From Ardenticatenia bacterium (GTDB lineage Bacteria; Chloroflexota; Anaerolineae; Aggregatilineales; JALXEW01), in contig JALXEW010000261.1 in the NCBI GenBank assembly GCA_027069285.1, positions 1 through 39,624 of the forward strand: DNA of 39,624 nucleotides, written 5' to 3'. Positions within the stretch are counted from its first letter, which is position 1; each line of letters begins with the position of its first letter. This document shows, in pieces, positions 34,826-39,624 of this stretch. The notes beneath the pieces were generated by a model that saw only the letters and a list, made by a program, of their open reading frames with translations, ran no database searches and was not told the DNA's origin. Made by a program: the position numbers and the translations under genes.

Positions 34826-36409
34826 ATGGGTTATCGGATAACGGACGACCTGGATAAAATGATAGCCATCCTCCCGCCGCGCGTCGCCCGCGCGCTGGAA
34901 AAGCACGGGCGGAGCGATGAGCTGTTGGAGGTAATACTTGACCTGGGGCGCGTGCCGACCGCCCGCTACACCGACGGCGAAATAGTCCTCGACGAGCAAG
35001 AAGTCACCAGAGAGGACATAGACTACGTAGTCGAGCGCGTGGGCGAATTCGATGCCGACAACCGGGCCGGCATCGAGCGTACCCTGCATCGCATCTCCGC
35101 CATCAGGAACCGGCGCGGAGCCATAGTCGGGCTGACCTGTCGGGTTGGGCGGGCCGTTTACGGCACAATAGACATCGTGCAAGACATAATCGAAAGCGGC
35201 AAAAGCATACTGATCCTGGGCCCTCCGGGCGTGGGCAAGACCACCCTGCTACGTGAAGCAGCTCGCGTCCTGGCCGAAAAACGCCGCGTAGTCATAGTAG
35301 ACACATCCAACGAGATCGGCGGGGACGGTGACGTGCCGCACCCGGCCATCGGCAAAGCCCGCCGAATGCAAGTGGCCGAGCCTCACCTCCAGCACGAAGT
35401 AATGATCGAAGCCGTCGAGAACCACAACCCAGAAGTCATCGTCATAGACGAGATCGGTCGGGAACTGGAGGCCATTGCCGCCCGCACAATAGCCGAACGC
35501 GGCGTACAGCTCATCGGCACCGCGCACGGCAACACACTGGAAAACCTCCTGCTAAACCCGACCCTCTCAGACCTGGTGGGTGGGATCGAAGCGGTGACAC
35601 TTTCGGACGAGGAAGCCAGGCGCCGTGGCACCCAGAAAACCGTGCTCGAACGCCGGGCGCCACCGACATTCGACGTCCTCATCGAAATGCAGACGCGCCA
35701 TCGCCTGGTAGTCCATCCGGACGTGGCCGCCGCAGTAGACGCCTCACTCCGTGGCCGCTCCCCAGAAGTGGAGATCAGGTCACGCGACGAAAAGGGCGAG
35801 ATCAAAATAGAAAAAGCCCGACTGGCCCCGGTGGGCGAAAACGGGAACCGGCGACTGCCGGCACTTGCCGTCAGCGGTAACGGGGAAATCAGGCAAAGAG
35901 TCGACGAATTCGTCCCCAGGAAGGGACCCGGCAAGCAACTGGAAACCCTACGGCTTTACGCATACGGCGTGGCCCGTAACCGCCTGGGACACGCCGCGCG
36001 CAGACTGAACCTGCCGGTTGACATAGTGGAGGACATAGGCAAAGCCCAGGCGCTGGTGACACTCAAAAACTACTACCGGCGACGGCCAAAACTGATCGTG
36101 GACGCAGAGCGGCGAGGAACACCCATCTACGTGCTACGTGCCAACACAGTCAGCCAGATAGAAGCATTCCTGGCGGACGTCTTCCAGCTGGAAGAAGAAA
36201 GCGATGACGAAGCAATAGAAGCCGCCCTGCGCGAAGTGGACATGGCCATAGCCCAGATAAGGGCCGGAGCTGCCAGCGTGGACCTTTCGCCCCAGTCCTC
36301 ATACGTCAGGCGGCTCCAACACGAAAGAGTGCGTCAGGCCAACCTGCTATCCCAGAGCTACGGCAAAGAACCATACAGACACGTGAGGGTATTCCGGGCG
36401 AACAACTGA
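34826..36409 (+). CDS. R3H-domain AAA ATPase (Ycf45 / SpoIIIAA-like)
   Basis: LEVILDLGRVPTARY, Walker A ILILGPPGVGKTTLLRE, Walker B VIVIDEIGRELE and GTAHGNTLENLLLNP. The C-terminal R3H-like segment is YVRRLQHERVRQANLLSQSYGKEPYRHVRVF. I chose the ATG at 34826, because the upstream 65 codons are Arg/His-rich and overlap the GNAT gene. Confidence 0.8.
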   Translation: MGYRITDDLDKMIAILPPRVARALEKHGRSDELLEVILDLGRVPTARYTDGEIVLDEQEVTREDIDYVVERVGEFDADNRAGIERTLHRISAIRNRRGAIVGLTCRVGRAVYGTIDIVQDIIESGKSILILGPPGVGKTTLLREAARVLAEKRRVVIVDTSNEIGGDGDVPHPAIGKARRMQVAEPHLQHEVMIEAVENHNPEVIVIDEIGRELEAIAARTIAERGVQLIGTAHGNTLENLLLNPTLSDLVGGIEAVTLSDEEARRRGTQKTVLERRAPPTFDVLIEMQTRHRLVVHPDVAAAVDASLRGRSPEVEIRSRDEKGEIKIEKARLAPVGENGNRRLPALAVSGNGEIRQRVDEFVPRKGPGKQLETLRLYAYGVARNRLGHAARRLNLPVDIVEDIGKAQALVTLKNYYRRRPKLIVDAERRGTPIYVLRANTVSQIEAFLADVFQLEEESDDEAIEAALREVDMAIAQIRAGAASVDLSPQSSYVRRLQHERVRQANLLSQSYGKEPYRHVRVFRANN

Positions 36410-36467
36410 ACATCCCCGTCCACCGCCGACCGGCCATGCCCCGGACCCACCGATATTCCCGCTATTG

Positions 36468-36476
36468 TGATACAAT
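36468..36476 (+). promoter_or_regulatory. extended -10 element (TGaTACAAT) upstream of ahcY
   Basis: TG at 36468-36469 and TACAAT at 36471-36476, 60 nt before the ATG. There is no good -35. A CCCCGtgCGGGG hairpin follows. Confidence 0.3.
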
Positions 36477-36520
36477 AACCCCGTGCGGGGAGACCCGCCG
36501 GTGGATTCTGAGACTACTAA

Positions 36521-37801
<1,281 letters not shown>

Positions 37802-37805
37802 ACCG

Positions 37806-39362
37806 ATGGGGAAATGGTTTCGTCGGGTGGCCCCGGCGTTGATAGCCGTCGCCATATCGGCGGCAGCCATCACATACGCACACCCGTCCGTCCAAAACGA
37901 GGGCATCGCCTGGGTGCGATGGGTCAACGGGACATCACACAGAGCAACACTGGCGATTGACAGCCGCGCCGATTCGCTGCCGGAGCTGGACTTCGGCCAA
38001 AGCTCAGGCTACATCGCGCTCCCCCCCGGCGATCACCGGCTGGAACTGTTGGCCGGAGCCGAAACCCTGGCGGAAAGCGAAATATCGCCGGAGGCCGGGA
38101 GTGCCATCACCATCGTAGCAGTAGAATCCAACGAGGGATTCGCATTGCCGACCTTTGCCGACAACCTGTCGCCACTGATGCCCGGTAGCGCCCGGCTGAA
38201 CCTGCTGCACGTATCCCCCGATGCGCCGACATTGGCGTTGGCCCTGCCCGACGAAACCCTGATCATGACCGACGTGGGCTACGGGGATTTCGGATCGGTC
38301 GAACTGGCCACCGGAACCTATCCGCTGACCATCGTAGACGCGACCAAACCCGACATCCCCGTCCTGGAGCCGGAGGAACTGAGCCTGAGGACCGGCATGT
38401 CCTACGACCTGATCGTGATCGGCTCAGTCCTGGGCGAGCCGCAGGTGACAAGCCTGGTGGCAAGCGCCCCCGTGGTGCCAGACGAGGACGAGCGGCTGGT
38501 CAGATTCATCCACGCCCTGCCCGGAACCCCGGCGTTGGACGTCTACCTGGACGGGACACTGATGCTACCCGGCCTGGAACCGGGTGAAGTCACGCCATAC
38601 TTCCCGCTCCCGGCCAGGGAAGCCACCGTGCTATGTCGCGAGATCGGTCGTCTGGCCGGCGAGCCGGTGCTCACCGGAGCCATAGAGCCGGCAGTTGCCC
38701 AGGGGACAACCTTCGTGATCGGCGCCAACGGGATCGCAACCCTGGCCGACGACCTGAGCTCCCCCCCGCCGGGCAAAACCCGCCTGACCGTGATCAACGC
38801 CATGGCCGAAGGGCAAATCACACTGGTATTGCCCGACGGCGGCGCGCTGATAGGTGACATACCCCCCTCGGATGCCGGGTCGATCGACCTCTTCATCGCC
38901 ACCTACCGGGTCTGGATAGCGTGGAACGGAGCTGAATTACTCGAACCTTTTGACATATCATTGGGTGGCAATCGGCTCTACACCCTGGTGGTGGGCATGG
39001 CACCGGATATAAGCGCCACACTCTCGGAGGCAACCCCGTGGGAGCAGCGCGTATCCCTTGCGACCGGGGCCGGCGTCCCCGCCCCGGAGACCGGTTTCCC
39101 GATCGCCACGGTCAACGTGCCGGAGGGCGCGAACCTGCTCCTGCGGCAAGGCCCCGGCCAGGAATACGACTTCTCGGCCAGGATCCCGCGCGGAGAGGAA
39201 CTGATCGTACTGGGACGTGACACCACCGGCGCATGGCTCCTCGTCCGATATGCGGCACCGGATTCCGAAGAGCCGCTGGAAGGGTGGGTCGCAACCGAAT
39301 GGGTCACCCTGACGCTCAACGACGAACCTTTACCGGTGCGGGAGATACCGGTCGCGGAGTAG
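37806..39362 (+). CDS. secreted or anchored protein with four DUF4397-like repeats and a C-terminal bacterial SH3 domain
   Basis: N-terminal hydrophobic signal or anchor (VAPALIAVAISAAAITYA). Repeats: VRWVNGTSHRATLAIDS, RLNLLHVSPDAPTLALALPD, VRFIHALPGTPALDVYLDG and RLTVINAMAEGQITLVLPDG. SH3b-like end: VNVPEGANLLLRQGPGQEYDFSARIPRGEELIVLGRDTTGAWLLVRY...EGWVATEWV. Confidence 0.72.
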   Translation: MGKWFRRVAPALIAVAISAAAITYAHPSVQNEGIAWVRWVNGTSHRATLAIDSRADSLPELDFGQSSGYIALPPGDHRLELLAGAETLAESEISPEAGSAITIVAVESNEGFALPTFADNLSPLMPGSARLNLLHVSPDAPTLALALPDETLIMTDVGYGDFGSVELATGTYPLTIVDATKPDIPVLEPEELSLRTGMSYDLIVIGSVLGEPQVTSLVASAPVVPDEDERLVRFIHALPGTPALDVYLDGTLMLPGLEPGEVTPYFPLPAREATVLCREIGRLAGEPVLTGAIEPAVAQGTTFVIGANGIATLADDLSSPPPGKTRLTVINAMAEGQITLVLPDGGALIGDIPPSDAGSIDLFIATYRVWIAWNGAELLEPFDISLGGNRLYTLVVGMAPDISATLSEATPWEQRVSLATGAGVPAPETGFPIATVNVPEGANLLLRQGPGQEYDFSARIPRGEELIVLGRDTTGAWLLVRYAAPDSEEPLEGWVATEWVTLTLNDEPLPVREIPVAE

Positions 39363-39375
39363 CGGGGAAAGCGGC

Positions 39376-39624
39376 ATGAAGCTCAAATGGCTCTTGATCC
39401 TACTCGCGGCGGGTTTGCTCCTGGTACTGATAACCGGGGCACTCATCGTATGGCTATACACAGAAGGCGTGATCGACCTGCCATACGAAATCTCCGACGT
39501 GATAGACGCACTATTCCTGGAACGTGATGGCGGCATCCCGATAGTAGTGATAAGCCCGCCCCCCGCCCTGACCGCCACCGCAGAATCCGTTCGCGCCACA
39601 ATGGTGAACCTGCCCACCCCGATC
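39376..39624 (+). CDS. N-terminally anchored membrane protein, 3' end outside window
   Basis: The ATG at 39376 opens a frame with no stop to the window end (83 codons): MKLKWLLILLAAGLLLVLITGALIVWLYTEG... It is absent from the ORF track because it has no stop. Function unknown. Confidence 0.5.
   Translation, partial: MKLKWLLILLAAGLLLVLITGALIVWLYTEGVIDLPYEISDVIDALFLERDGGIPIVVISPPPALTATAESVRATMVNLPTPI

Overview
GC-rich bacterial chromosomal segment, densely coded, with many GTG/TTG starts and 1-8 nt gene overlaps. I support about 31 protein genes and 2 tRNA genes. I saw no CRISPR array, IS element, integrase or rRNA. The gene content suggests a Chloroflexota-like organism (spoVS, mevalonate kinase with isopentenyl phosphate kinase, GH57 glucan enzyme, R3H/AAA Ycf45-like ATPase, DUF4397 protein). 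That assignment is inference only.

Layout:
- 1-6.7 kb: ABC-2 permease (5' truncated), small deoxyribosyltransferase-like protein, GH57 enzyme, convergent IPK-MVK pair, spoVS coupled to a PHP phosphoesterase.
- 6.7-11.4 kb (minus strand): Clp/Hsp100-like ATPase translationally coupled to a GAF-PAS histidine kinase.
- 11.8-18.5 kb (plus strand): LIV-type branched-chain amino acid ABC transporter (binding protein, LivH, LivM, LivG, LivF) plus an EamA exporter.
- 18.4-31.8 kb (minus strand): the most unusual block. Three histidine kinases, a PhnD-like lipoprotein and one LuxR-type response regulator are translationally coupled. They lie directly upstream of a BCA-ordered molybdopterin / 4Fe-4S / NrfD respiratory complex (tetrathionate/selenate-reductase-like architecture), which is followed by an exported rhodanese.
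- 31.8-39.6 kb: tRNA-Val, malic enzyme, tRNA-Lys, GNAT protein, R3H/AAA ATPase, adenosylhomocysteinase, DUF4397-SH3b secreted protein, and a 3'-truncated membrane protein.

The best candidate for an undescribed system is the multi-kinase/binding-protein sensor module. It includes a kinase whose H-box lacks the phospho-acceptor histidine, and it is wired to the molybdoenzyme operon. All functional calls rest on motif reading by eye, because no database search was possible.
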